Source: Deltaproteobacteria bacterium
Lineage (GTDB): Bacteria > Myxococcota_A > UBA9160 > UBA6930
Reading direction: 5' to 3'
NCBI GenBank assembly: GCA_016875395.1
Contig: VGRF01000002.1
Location: 207,815 to 271,814, forward strand
Length of the DNA: 64,000 nt
Positions 50,338 through 59,692 of the stretch are shown here, one piece after another. The first letter of the stretch is position 1; every line of letters starts with the position of its first letter. A program made the translations under genes and the position numbers. The notes under the pieces were generated by a model that searched no databases, was not told the origin of the DNA, and saw nothing but the letters and a program-made list of their open reading frames with translations.

Positions 50338-52602
50338 TTACGCCCGCTCGATCCTCGCTCTTACGTGCTTGTGCCACGGCGTGCCCGCGATCCAGTCGCG
50401 GTCCTCGCTCGCGGTGAGCTCGTTCGGCGCGACGCCCGTCGTGCGCGAGCCCTCGGCGCCGCCGGGGTAGTGGAGGCCGAGGCCGTTGGGCAGCGTCGCG
50501 TGGCCGGGCAGCAGCGTGTCCGTCACCTCCACCTCCGCGACGCCTTCGCCGCGCTTCGTGGTGATGCGCGCGCGGGCGCCGCTCGCGAGGCCGAGGCGCG
50601 CGGCGTCCTCGGGGTTCATGCGCAGCGCGCCTGCCGCGTCCTTCGTGCGCCACGCGGGGTCGCGCACGATCGTGTTCGCGGTGCTGGTGCGCCGCTCGCC
50701 GGCCGCGAGCACGAACGGGTAGGCGTCGTCGCGCGCGGGCCGCTCGTCGCGCAGCGCGCGCAACTCGCCTAACAGCTCCGGGATCGCGAGGTGCGCCCGG
50801 CGGCCGTCGTGCGTGACGCGGCTCCACGAGTCGGCGTGCTCGTCCGCCGTGAACACGACTCCGCTGCGCTCGCGCAGGATCGCGTCGAACAGCGCGAGGC
50901 CCTGCTCGATCGGGTTCGCGCCTGCGAAGCCCGCGCGCCGCACCGAGTCCGGGTACTCCTGCGCGCACTGGATCGCGAGCGCCGCGAGCGCCGCGGCGTT
51001 CGCGGCGCCGTCCGGCAGCGTGGGCCCGAGCGTCTCGTACATCACCACGGGCGCGACCTGCGCGAACTTCGGGCTCTTCGCGAGCGCTCCGAGCAGCGCG
51101 ACGGCGTACTGCGCGCGGCCCTGCCTCGCGGCCTCGTGCAGCGGCGCCACGTCCTCGTCTCCGTAACAACCGAGCGCGCGCACGAGGCGGCGGTGAATCT
51201 CGGCCTCGACGAGCGTTCCCGGCGCGGGCTCGAACAACGGCGCGCGCAGGTGGAACACGTTCTTCGGGAACTCGAAGTTGAAGAAGGTCGCCTCCCACTT
51301 CTCGAGCTGCGACGCCGCGGGCAGCACCCAGTGCGCGAGGCGCGCCGTCTCCGTCATCGCGACGTCGATCACCACGACGCACTCGAGCGCGGCGATCGCC
51401 TCGCGCATGCGAGCGCTGTCCGCGAGCGAGTGCGCGGGGTTGCCGCTCTCGACGAGCAGCGCGCGGAAGCGCTGCGGGTGATCCGTGAGGATCTCTTCCG
51501 GAATCGCGTTGCAGGGCATGATGCCGCCGATCACGCGCGCGCCCGTCACCGCCGTCTTGCGCTCGCTGCTCTTGCCGATCAGCGCGCCGAAGTGCGTGTG
51601 CAGGTTCATCGCGCCGGGCTTCGCGAAGTTGCCCGTCAGCAGCCACGCGAGCTTCTCGAGGTACGAGTTGAGCGTCGAGTGCGGCGCCATCTGCACGCCG
51701 AGGTCTTCGAGGATCGACACGCTCGCCGCGCGCCCGATGCGCCGCGCGACTTCGCGCAGCGTGCTCTCCTCGACCCCGGCGCGCGCGCAGTAGTCCGCGA
51801 TCGGCACCTCGGCGAGCGCGGCCAGCACTTCGTCTGCGCCCACCGTGCGCGCGGCGAGGAATTCGCGGTCGATGAGATCTTCACTCGCGAGGATCGCGAG
51901 CAGCGCGGCCAGCAGGAACGCGTCGCAGCCGGGCTTCACCCGCAGGTGGAAGTCGGCGAGCTCCGCGGTCTCGGTGCGGCGCGGATCGATCACGACGAGC
52001 GTGCGCTCCGGATCGCGCGCGATTTCCTTCAGCACGATGCGCGCGCGCGGGAAGCCGTGCGACTGCCACGGGTTCTTCCCTAACAACACCGCGACTTCGG
52101 CGTGCTCGAAGTCCGGCGTCGAGTGGCAGTTGGGCCGCCCGAACAGCTTGCCGTCCACCCAGAACTCGCCCGTCTTCTCCTGCGCGAGCGCGTTCGACGC
52201 GTACACGTAGCCGACCGCTGCGCGCGTCGCGCGCCCGTAGCCGCCGGGTAGGTGGTTGCCCTGGCCGCCGCCGCCGTAGTAGAGGATCGACGCGCCGCCG
52301 TGCGTGTCGCGCACGCGCGCGAGGTCGCGCGCCACGCCCGCGATCGCGACATCCCAGCTCACCGCCTCGAACGTGCCGTCCGCGCGCCGGCGCAGCGGCG
52401 ACGTGAGGCGATCGCGCCCGTTCTGATAGGCGTCGAGCCCGCGCGCCGGCTTCTCGCACGTGTAGCCCTGAGACGCGGGGTGCGCGCGATCGCCGCGCAT
52501 CTTCACGACGCGGCGGCCGTCGGTCTGCACCTCGAGTCCGCAGTTGAGGCTGCACAGAATGCACGCGGACTTCTGCCAGCGTGATGCATCGGCGTTCGGC
52601 AT
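50338..52602 (-). CDS. molybdopterin (bis-MGD) oxidoreductase catalytic subunit
   Basis: 754 aa. N-terminal 4Fe-4S motif CILCSLNCGLEV..C, plus molybdopterin-binding and C-terminal dinucleotide-binding regions. Confidence 0.85.
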   Translation of the reverse strand: MPNADASRWQKSACILCSLNCGLEVQTDGRRVVKMRGDRAHPASQGYTCEKPARGLDAYQNGRDRLTSPLRRRADGTFEAVSWDVAIAGVARDLARVRDTHGGASILYYGGGGQGNHLPGGYGRATRAAVGYVYASNALAQEKTGEFWVDGKLFGRPNCHSTPDFEHAEVAVLLGKNPWQSHGFPRARIVLKEIARDPERTLVVIDPRRTETAELADFHLRVKPGCDAFLLAALLAILASEDLIDREFLAARTVGADEVLAALAEVPIADYCARAGVEESTLREVARRIGRAASVSILEDLGVQMAPHSTLNSYLEKLAWLLTGNFAKPGAMNLHTHFGALIGKSSERKTAVTGARVIGGIMPCNAIPEEILTDHPQRFRALLVESGNPAHSLADSARMREAIAALECVVVIDVAMTETARLAHWVLPAASQLEKWEATFFNFEFPKNVFHLRAPLFEPAPGTLVEAEIHRRLVRALGCYGDEDVAPLHEAARQGRAQYAVALLGALAKSPKFAQVAPVVMYETLGPTLPDGAANAAALAALAIQCAQEYPDSVRRAGFAGANPIEQGLALFDAILRERSGVVFTADEHADSWSRVTHDGRRAHLAIPELLGELRALRDERPARDDAYPFVLAAGERRTSTANTIVRDPAWRTKDAAGALRMNPEDAARLGLASGARARITTKRGEGVAEVEVTDTLLPGHATLPNGLGLHYPGGAEGSRTTGVAPNELTASEDRDWIAGTPWHKHVRARIERA

Positions 52603-52694
52603 GGAACCTCGCGGGGCGCGTCGCCACGGAACCTACCGCGGACCCGAGAGGCGGCAGGGGGCAGTCGGCCGGGCCGATTAGGCCCCCGCCCGCG

Positions 52695-55355
52695 CTACTT
52701 CGCGCTCTCCAGCCACTTCGCGAGCTGCGGCTTCACGCGTGCGTCGAAGGCGAGCGTCAGGTCGATCTGCTCGGTCGCCTTCCTCACGGCGCGCACCGCA
52801 GTCGGCACCGGGTTCTGCTTGAAGAACGCGGCGATGTCCTTTCGCGCGCCCCTCGTGGCGAGGGTCGCGGCGGCCTCGATCGGGCGCGCCACGAGCGCGG
52901 GCGGCAGCTTCTTGCGCAGCGCGACGAAGCGACGCTTGAAGAACTCCCAGGTCGCGGGCGCCGCGTTCGGGTTCGCGAGCTGTGCCGCGAGCACGAGGCC
53001 CACGTCCTGCGCGCCGATGTCGTCCGTGAGGCACTGCGCGTGCGTGCGCTGCACGAGCTCTTTGCTGCGGAACTCCGCGAGCGCCATCAGCATGCGCCGG
53101 CTCTCGAGCGGCGTGGCAGCGTCCTTGCGCGCCGCGACGTAGCGGTCGTAGAGCGCGGCGTCGCCGCACGACGCCGCGATCGTGATCGCGGCCGCCGCGA
53201 GCTCGGGCTCGACGCTGCCGCGGTCCGCGAGGTACGCCGCCACGAGCTCGGCAGCCTGCCCGCGCGCGGCGGCGTTCTCGCCGACATCGCCGACGAGCGC
53301 GAACAGCACCGCGCGGCGGCGCCGCGTGTCGTCGCTCTCGCGTGCGCTCGCCGCGAGGCCGAGCTGCGCGAGCGCGGGCCCGAACGTGACGGCGATGCGC
53401 GCGCGCAGCTTCTGCTCCGCGTCCGCGCCGAGCGTGCGCTTCGCTGCGCGCGCGATGCCCTCGAGCGCGGGCCGCAGCGCGACGAGCACGTCCGCGTCCG
53501 GCTCGTCGCCGAGCGAGAGCGCGAAGCCGAGGAAGCTCGCGAGATCGCAGTGGCCCGCGCGCAGCGAAGCCCAGAGGTGCCCGACGAGCCCTTGCCTCTC
53601 GACCGAGGTGAGCTCCTTCTTCGCCTGTGCGAGCGCCGAGAGCTCCGCGGCCGTGTGGAGCGGGCGAATGAACGCGGACTCCTCGGCGTTTCCGTACAGG
53701 AAGCGCGGCGTCTCGCCTTCGACCTCGAATTCGCCGCGCGAGCGCCCTAACAGCTGGCGCAGGCTGCGCGAGCCGACCGCGGTGCCGGCACGCCCGACCC
53801 ACGGAATCGGCCAGCGCTTCGTCGCGTCCTTGGCGGGTTTGTCGGCGTTGGGGCGGAAGCGTTCCTGCCGGTAGCGCACGAGCTGCTTGCCGCCGCGCTC
53901 GACGCGTTCGAGTCGCAGCAGCGGGAAGCCCGGCTGCTCGATCCACGCGCGCATGATCGGCTCGACGTTCTGCCCGGAGACCTCGGAGAGCGCGTTCCAA
54001 AGATCCGCCGCGACCGTGTTCCCCTCCTGGTGCTCGCGGATGTACTTGCGCACCCCCGCGCGGAACACTTCGGCGCCGAGGTAGCGCTCGATCATGCGCA
54101 CGACCGACGCGCCCTTCTCGTACGTGATCAGGTCGAAGTTCTCGGTCGCCTCGGCGGGGCTGCGCACCTCGACGTAGATCGGATGCGTCGAATCGAGCGC
54201 GTCCATGCCGAGCGCGGCGGCGCGGTCGTGCTGGAACGTCGACCACATGCTCCACTCGGGCTTCCACGCGTCGACGATCTGGTACGCCATCCAGGTCGCG
54301 AAGGCCTCGTTGAGCCAGAGGTCGTCCCACCAGCGCATCGTGACGAGATCGCCGTACCACATGTGCGCGAGCTCGTGACAGATCACCTCGGCGACGCGCT
54401 TCAGCTCGAGCGTCGTCGTGCGCGCGGGGTCGACGAGCAGCAGCGTCTCGCGGAAGAACACGGCGCCCGCGTTCTCCATCGCACCCGCCTCGAACTCCGG
54501 GCACGCCACGAGGTCGAGCTTCTCGTACGGGTAGGGCATGTCGAAGTACGTCTCGAGTCGCGCGAGCGTCTCGCGCGCGCACTCGAGCGCGAACGCGGTG
54601 AGGTTCTCCTTGCCCGGCACGTGCCAGATGCGGATCTCGGTCTCGCCGCAGTGCACGGGCTCCGAGGCGACGAGCTCGCCCACCGCGAGCGCGAGCAGAT
54701 ACGTCGAGAGCGGCGGCGTCTGCGAGAACACCACCGTCTTCCGTCCGCCCTCGCGGGGCACGATCTTCTCGACGGGGTTGTTACTGAGCACGGTGTTCGC
54801 GTGCGCAGTCGTCACCGAGAGCCCGAAGCGCGCCTTCAGCGCGGGCTCGTCGAAGCACGGGAACACGCGGCGCGCCTCGGTCGACTCCATCTGCGTGAAG
54901 GCGTACTTGCGCTCGCCCGCGCGCGCGGCGTAGAAGCCGCGCAGATCGGTCGCGAGCTTGCCCTTGAACTCGAGCGCGAGCGTCACCTCGCCCGCGGGCG
55001 TTGTCTCCGCGAGCACGATGTCCACCGTCTCGCGATCGGGGCGCATCACCGCGCGCCCGCGAATCACGCGGTCGCCCACTTCGGCCTGCGCGCGCGTGAT
55101 GGTGATGCCCACCGCGTGCAGCTCGAGCGTTCGCTTCGGCCGCGCGAGATCGAGGTGATGCAGCACCTCGCCCGTGAACGCGGCGCTCTGCGCCGGGTCG
55201 ACCGCGATGTGCAGGTCGACCTCGACCGGGCGCGTGTCGGCGGGCAGGCGATACGCGCCGCGCTGCCGCTCGCTGCGCACGCGCCGCGCCTCGCGCCGGG
55301 CGGCGGGCGTCGCTTGCTTGCGTCCGGGTTGCTTCGCGCCGTCGCCCTTCGCCAC
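52695..55355 (-). CDS. pepN: aminopeptidase N (M1 family)
   Basis: GAMEN motif and HELAHMWYGDLV..WLNEAFA zinc site; 886 aa. Confidence 0.9.
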   Translation of the reverse strand: MAKGDGAKQPGRKQATPAARREARRVRSERQRGAYRLPADTRPVEVDLHIAVDPAQSAAFTGEVLHHLDLARPKRTLELHAVGITITRAQAEVGDRVIRGRAVMRPDRETVDIVLAETTPAGEVTLALEFKGKLATDLRGFYAARAGERKYAFTQMESTEARRVFPCFDEPALKARFGLSVTTAHANTVLSNNPVEKIVPREGGRKTVVFSQTPPLSTYLLALAVGELVASEPVHCGETEIRIWHVPGKENLTAFALECARETLARLETYFDMPYPYEKLDLVACPEFEAGAMENAGAVFFRETLLLVDPARTTTLELKRVAEVICHELAHMWYGDLVTMRWWDDLWLNEAFATWMAYQIVDAWKPEWSMWSTFQHDRAAALGMDALDSTHPIYVEVRSPAEATENFDLITYEKGASVVRMIERYLGAEVFRAGVRKYIREHQEGNTVAADLWNALSEVSGQNVEPIMRAWIEQPGFPLLRLERVERGGKQLVRYRQERFRPNADKPAKDATKRWPIPWVGRAGTAVGSRSLRQLLGRSRGEFEVEGETPRFLYGNAEESAFIRPLHTAAELSALAQAKKELTSVERQGLVGHLWASLRAGHCDLASFLGFALSLGDEPDADVLVALRPALEGIARAAKRTLGADAEQKLRARIAVTFGPALAQLGLAASARESDDTRRRRAVLFALVGDVGENAAARGQAAELVAAYLADRGSVEPELAAAAITIAASCGDAALYDRYVAARKDAATPLESRRMLMALAEFRSKELVQRTHAQCLTDDIGAQDVGLVLAAQLANPNAAPATWEFFKRRFVALRKKLPPALVARPIEAAATLATRGARKDIAAFFKQNPVPTAVRAVRKATEQIDLTLAFDARVKPQLAKWLESAK

Positions 55356-55419
55356 ATCGGCCTCCGAAAAAGAGGGCGCATCTTACCGGCAGGAATGGGG
55401 AATCCGAGAAGCCCGCGAA

Positions 55420-55454
55420 ATCGAGGGACCGGCGCCTGACGCTGGGCCCTCGAT
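55420..55454 (+). repeat. hairpin element with GCGCCTGACGC loop (family B, copy 2)
   Basis: Stem ATCGAGGG (55420-55427) pairs with CCCTCGAT (55447-55454). Loop contains CTGACGCTGG. 27 of 30 nt match 36326-36352. Lies about 85 nt upstream of the 55537 ATG. Confidence 0.55.
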
Positions 55455-55536
55455 CTGCGCGTTTGCGTCCGCCCGCGTGCGAAACCGTTCGCGCGGGGGC
55501 GCGTTCTACCTCGTGCACGCCCTGAGGAGTCACGTC

Positions 55537-55974
55537 ATGTCCCGCATGCTCGTCGCTTCGCTCGCGCTGGTTGCCTCGTTCGCCGCCGCTGGCGCCGCCG
55601 GCGCGCGCGAGTACCGGTTCTTCCAGGGCAGCGATCGCGTCTACTACGAGACGTTCCACCGCCGCTTCGAGCCGATCTCGGAACCGCACATCCACTTGAC
55701 GCGCGCGGCGCGCGCGTTCGCGAACGCGAGTCGCTGGTACGCGGCGGAGAATCTCGAGAAGGCCGCGGCCGGGTTCTCGTACTTCGAGGAGCGCGCCGCG
55801 GGCGAGGACCGGCGCCAGCTCGATCGCGCGGGCCGCGCGCTCGAGAAGCTCGCGCGTCAGGTGCGGCGCGGCGACGTCGACGGCGTCGAGATCGTCGAGC
55901 GCGCCGTCAGCGATGCCCAGCGCGTGCTCGCAGGCGAGCGCGTGATGGAGACGCGCGTTCCGGCGCAGTCCTGA
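55537..55974 (+). CDS. secreted protein of unknown function
   Basis: ATG at 55537 after GAGGAG. Signal peptide MSRMLVASLALVASFAAAGAAGA. Confidence 0.55.
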   Translation: MSRMLVASLALVASFAAAGAAGAREYRFFQGSDRVYYETFHRRFEPISEPHIHLTRAARAFANASRWYAAENLEKAAAGFSYFEERAAGEDRRQLDRAGRALEKLARQVRRGDVDGVEIVERAVSDAQRVLAGERVMETRVPAQS

Positions 55975-56517
55975 CTACTGGCTAGCCGCCCCGCGCGCGC
56001 TCGCGACGAGGGCTGCGACCGCGGCGCGCAGCGCGCTCGCTGCGCGCTCGTTCGCGAGGATCGCGCTCGCGTCGACGCGATTACTCGCGAGATGCAGCGT
56101 GATCGACGCCTCCGGCACGATGCGCGCCTCCATCGTCGCGAGGATCTCGCGCAGCTGCGGCGTTGCGAAGTGCGAGCGCGATGTGTCGATCAGCGCGAGC
56201 GGCTTCCCGCACAGCTCGCCGCTCGACACGATCCAGTCGAGCGCGTCCTTCAGCGCGCCGGGAACGCCGTGCACGTACTCCGGGCTCGACAGCAGCAGGG
56301 CGTCGCACTCGCGCAGCGCGTCTCGCCAGCGCGCGACCGCCGGCGGCGGAGTGTCGGCCTCGCGGTCGAGGTCGGGGTTGAAGTGCGGCAGTTCGCCGAT
56401 TCCGAGGAAGCGCTCGACGCGCGCGCCAGCAGGCGCCAGTTGAGCGGCGGCATCGAGCAGAGCCGCATTCGAGGAAGCCGCGCGCAGACTCCCGCAAGCG
56501 GCGAGGACGCGTGTCAC
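55975..56517 (-). CDS. NAD(P)H-dependent FMN reductase family oxidoreductase
   Basis: GTG at 56517 in a GTGA overlap with dinB. LLLSSPEYVHGVPGALKDALDW motif. Confidence 0.8.
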   Translation of the reverse strand: MTRVLAACGSLRAASSNAALLDAAAQLAPAGARVERFLGIGELPHFNPDLDREADTPPPAVARWRDALRECDALLLSSPEYVHGVPGALKDALDWIVSSGELCGKPLALIDTSRSHFATPQLREILATMEARIVPEASITLHLASNRVDASAILANERAASALRAAVAALVASARGAASQ

Positions 56518-57056
56518 AGCGCGAGCCGCGCGATCTCGTCGCGCCGACGGGGCTCGTCGTAACGCAAGAAGAACTCGTCGAGCTGCGGCGGCGCAACGCG
56601 GGTGCCCGCGAGCATCGAGTGGACCTGCCCGCGGTGATGGATCTGGTGCGCGAACAAGTGCTCCAGTGCTGCGGGCAACGCCTCTTCGAACACGCCCTCG
56701 TCTCCGCGATCGAGGCCGACCGTGCGAGCGAGCGCGGCATCGCCCTGCGCATCGCAGTACGCGATGAGCCGGCGGTCGGACGCGAGCTGCTCGGCGGCGA
56801 GCGGCGCGATCTCGCCGTGCTCGCGCTCGCGCAGCGCGGTCCACGTCGCGAGCCCGCGCCCGGTCGCTTCGAGCTCGCCGAGGTAGTACGCGTCGACGCG
56901 CAGGATGTGATTCAGCGTGAGCATCAGCGAGGGGAAGAAGCTCACGCGCGGCGCGTGCAGCTCTTCGCGCGTGAGCTGGGCGCACGCGCGCAGCAGGCGA
57001 TCGTTCGACCACGCGTTGTTACGGGCGCAGGCGCGAAAGTGCGCGGCGAGGGTCAT
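56514..57056 (-). CDS. DinB family protein
   Basis: 180 aa. Four-helix DinB pattern with HILRVDAYY and HQIHHRGQV. Confidence 0.8.
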   Translation of the reverse strand: MTLAAHFRACARNNAWSNDRLLRACAQLTREELHAPRVSFFPSLMLTLNHILRVDAYYLGELEATGRGLATWTALREREHGEIAPLAAEQLASDRRLIAYCDAQGDAALARTVGLDRGDEGVFEEALPAALEHLFAHQIHHRGQVHSMLAGTRVAPPQLDEFFLRYDEPRRRDEIARLAL

Positions 57057-57121
57057 CGCGGTTCTCCGGCACGAGGCGCGATCTTCGCACGCATCCAGCT
57101 TGCGCGAAGTACGATGCGCGC

Positions 57122-58477
57122 ATGACGCCGCTGCGCGCTTCCGGCTTCGCCTTCCGCGATCTGCGCGAGGTGCTCGCCAAGGCGAACGAACCGAAGAGCG
57201 GCGATCAGCTCGCGGGCATCGCGGCGGCGAGCGCGCAGGAGCGCGTCGCCGCGAAGCGCGCGCTCGCGGAGCTGCCGCTCGTGCGCTTCGTGGAGGAGTC
57301 CGTGATCGCGCCGGAGCGCGACGAGCTCACGCGCGCGTTCCTCGCGGAGCAAGACGCCGCGGCGTTCCGCTCGCTCGCGAACGTCAGCGTGGGCGAGCTG
57401 CGCGAGAAGCTGCTCGCGGGCGAGCTCGCGAGTGCCGAGGCGCAGGCGAAGCTGCGCCGCGCGCTCCTGCCCGAGCACGCCGCCGCCGTCGCGAAGCTCT
57501 GCTCGAACCTCGATCTCGCGCTCGCGGCGAAGCGGCTCCCTGTCGTCGCGAGCGCGCGCACGACGCTCGGCCTCGCGGGTCGCCTCGCTTCGCGCATTCA
57601 GCCGAATCACCCCGCCGATGCTGCGGACGGAATCCGTGCGGCGATCCTCGAGGGCCTCGCGTACGGCTCCGGCGACGCGGTGATCGGCGTGAATCCGGTC
57701 GAGGATCGCCTCGAGACGGTGGAGCGCATCGCGCGCGCGATCGACGGCGTGATGACGCCGCTCGGCGTTCCGACGCAGAGCTGTGTGCTCGCGCACGTGA
57801 CGACGCAGATGCGGGCCTTCGAGCGCGGCGCGCCGCTCGATCTCGTGTTCCAGTCGGTCGCTGGCACGCAGAAGGGGAATCGCGCGTTCGGCATCGACCT
57901 CGCGCTGCTGGGCGAAGCGACGGCGCTCGTGCGCGAGAAGGGGCGCATGAAGTCGCCGCACGTCTGGTACTTCGAGACGGGGCAGGGCTCCGAGCTCTCG
58001 AGCGACGCGCACGAGGGCGTCGATCAGGTCACGCTGGAGGCGCGTTGTTATGGCGTCGCGCGCCGCCATGCGCCGCTGCTCGTGAACACGGTCGTCGGCT
58101 TCATCGGCCCCGAGTACCTGTTCGACGCGCGCGAGATCGCGCGCGCGGCGCTCGAAGATCACTTCATGGGCAAGCTGCTCGGCGTCCCGATGGGCGCCGA
58201 CGTCTGTTACACGAACCACGCCGAGGCCGATCAGAACGACCTCGAGAGCACCGCGATGCTGCTCGCGAGCGCTGGCTGCAACTACTTCATGGGCGTGCCG
58301 CTCGGCGACGACTGCATGCTCCACTACCAGAGCACGAGCTATCACGACGTCGCGGCGCTGCGTGAGCTGTTGGGCCTGCGCCCCGCGCCCGAGCTCGAGG
58401 CGTGGCTCGAAGCGCGCGGTCTCATGCGCGACGGCAAGCTCACCGCGCGCGCCGGCGATCCGCGGGTGCTCGCGTGA
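57122..58477 (+). CDS. eutB: ethanolamine ammonia-lyase large subunit
   Basis: 451 aa with EutB-wide similarity (..FETGQGSELS.., ..CYTNHA..). Confidence 0.9.
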   Translation: MTPLRASGFAFRDLREVLAKANEPKSGDQLAGIAAASAQERVAAKRALAELPLVRFVEESVIAPERDELTRAFLAEQDAAAFRSLANVSVGELREKLLAGELASAEAQAKLRRALLPEHAAAVAKLCSNLDLALAAKRLPVVASARTTLGLAGRLASRIQPNHPADAADGIRAAILEGLAYGSGDAVIGVNPVEDRLETVERIARAIDGVMTPLGVPTQSCVLAHVTTQMRAFERGAPLDLVFQSVAGTQKGNRAFGIDLALLGEATALVREKGRMKSPHVWYFETGQGSELSSDAHEGVDQVTLEARCYGVARRHAPLLVNTVVGFIGPEYLFDAREIARAALEDHFMGKLLGVPMGADVCYTNHAEADQNDLESTAMLLASAGCNYFMGVPLGDDCMLHYQSTSYHDVAALRELLGLRPAPELEAWLEARGLMRDGKLTARAGDPRVLA

Positions 58478-59178
58478 GCGACGAGCTCACGCGCCTCCTG
58501 CGCTCGACGCCCGCGCGGCTCGATCTCGGCCGCGCCGGGGAGCGCCCGCGCACCGCGAGCGCGCTCGACTTTCGCGAAGACCACGCGCGCGCGCGCGATG
58601 CCGTGCACGGCGCATGGAGCGAGGCGTTTCGCGAGCAGCTCGCAGCGCGCGGCTGCCTGTTCGTGCAATCCGCCGCGCCCGATCACGCGACGTACTTGCG
58701 CCGCCCCGATCTCGGGCGCGCGCTTGCCGATGGCGAAGCCGCGCGCATCGCCGCAGCGCGCGTGCCGGGTGCCGTCGCGCAGATCGTCGTGAGCGACGGC
58801 CTCTCTGCACGCGCCGCCGAGGCGCAGCTCGCACACGTGTGGCCCACGCTCGTGCGCGGCCTCGAGCGGCTCGGCCCGCTCGCGCGGCCCGTCGCCGTCA
58901 CGCTCGGCCGCGTCGCGATCGCCGACCGCATCTGCGAAGCGAGCGGTGCGCGGCTCGCGGTGCACCTGATCGGAGAGCGCCCCGGCCTCAAGGCCGCCGA
59001 GAGTCTCGGTTGTTACGTGACGCTCGCGCCGAACGCCGCCACGACCGACGCCGATCGCAAGTGCATCAGCAACATCCACGCGCGCGGCCTCGCACCCGAC
59101 GAAGCCGGCGCCGCGATCGTCGAGGTGTGCGAGAAGATTCTGCGCGCGGGGAGTAGTGGGACGAAGGTGGAGCTGTAG
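58474..59178 (+). CDS. eutC: ethanolamine ammonia-lyase small subunit
   Basis: GTG at 58474 in a GTGA overlap with eutB. IGERPGL..SLGCY..ISNIH pattern. Confidence 0.85.
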   Translation: MSDELTRLLRSTPARLDLGRAGERPRTASALDFREDHARARDAVHGAWSEAFREQLAARGCLFVQSAAPDHATYLRRPDLGRALADGEAARIAAARVPGAVAQIVVSDGLSARAAEAQLAHVWPTLVRGLERLGPLARPVAVTLGRVAIADRICEASGARLAVHLIGERPGLKAAESLGCYVTLAPNAATTDADRKCISNIHARGLAPDEAGAAIVEVCEKILRAGSSGTKVEL

Positions 59179-59185
59179 AACCGAG

Positions 59186-59410
59186 TCAGCGCATCGCGAC
59201 GAATGCCTCGACGGTCACTCCGATGTCGAGCGTGATCTGGCGCAAGAGCCGTGGCGAGATGTCGCGACCTTGGTGCATCGGCACGGTGGTCGCGCGCCCG
59301 TCGGGGTGCCGGAAGCGCCGGTGTGATCCGCGCTGGCGGATTGCCACGAAGCCAAGGCGCTCGAGGATCGCTGCGACCTCGCGAGGTCGCAGCACCGCGG
59401 TCGGCGCCAT
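59186..59410 (-). CDS. hicA: HicA family toxin (type II toxin-antitoxin)
   Basis: 74 aa; LERLGFVAIRQRGSHRRFRHPDGRATTVPMH pattern. Confidence 0.8.
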   Translation of the reverse strand: MAPTAVLRPREVAAILERLGFVAIRQRGSHRRFRHPDGRATTVPMHQGRDISPRLLRQITLDIGVTVEAFVAMR

Positions 59411-59412
59411 GG

Positions 59413-59655
59413 CTACGAGACGACGACTTGGTGAGTGCCGACGAACTCCGACTCGAGAACGGGTTCGCCGTCCTCCAGCAGAAGCTCGACGACCTCGCGC
59501 AGGTTCTGCGCGAGCTCCTCCATGGTGGCGCCCTGCGAGTGAGCGCCGGGGAATCCCGGGATGTGGCCCACGAAGAGGCCCGTTTCGAGATCCTTCTCGA
59601 TGACGGCGGTGAACTTTCTCACCTGATGAACTCCGCGGGACCGGGGTTCGGACAC
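59413..59655 (-). CDS. hicB: HicB family antitoxin
   Basis: 80 aa; KFTAVIEKDLETGLFVGHIPGFPGAHSQGATMEEL pattern. 2 nt upstream of hicA. Confidence 0.75.
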   Translation of the reverse strand: MSEPRSRGVHQVRKFTAVIEKDLETGLFVGHIPGFPGAHSQGATMEELAQNLREVVELLLEDGEPVLESEFVGTHQVVVS

Positions 59656-59692
59656 GCTACTCCCGACATCCGCAATTGGCGACGGCGTCGAA

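Noticed and set aside
55436-55460. Sigma-54 (-24/-12) promoter reading of CTGG-N9-CTGC at the 3' end of the family B hairpin elements
   Set aside because: GG-to-GC spacing is one nt longer than canonical in the 55420 copy. The -12 GC is missing in the 8762 copy. The match to TGGCAC/TTGC is weak.
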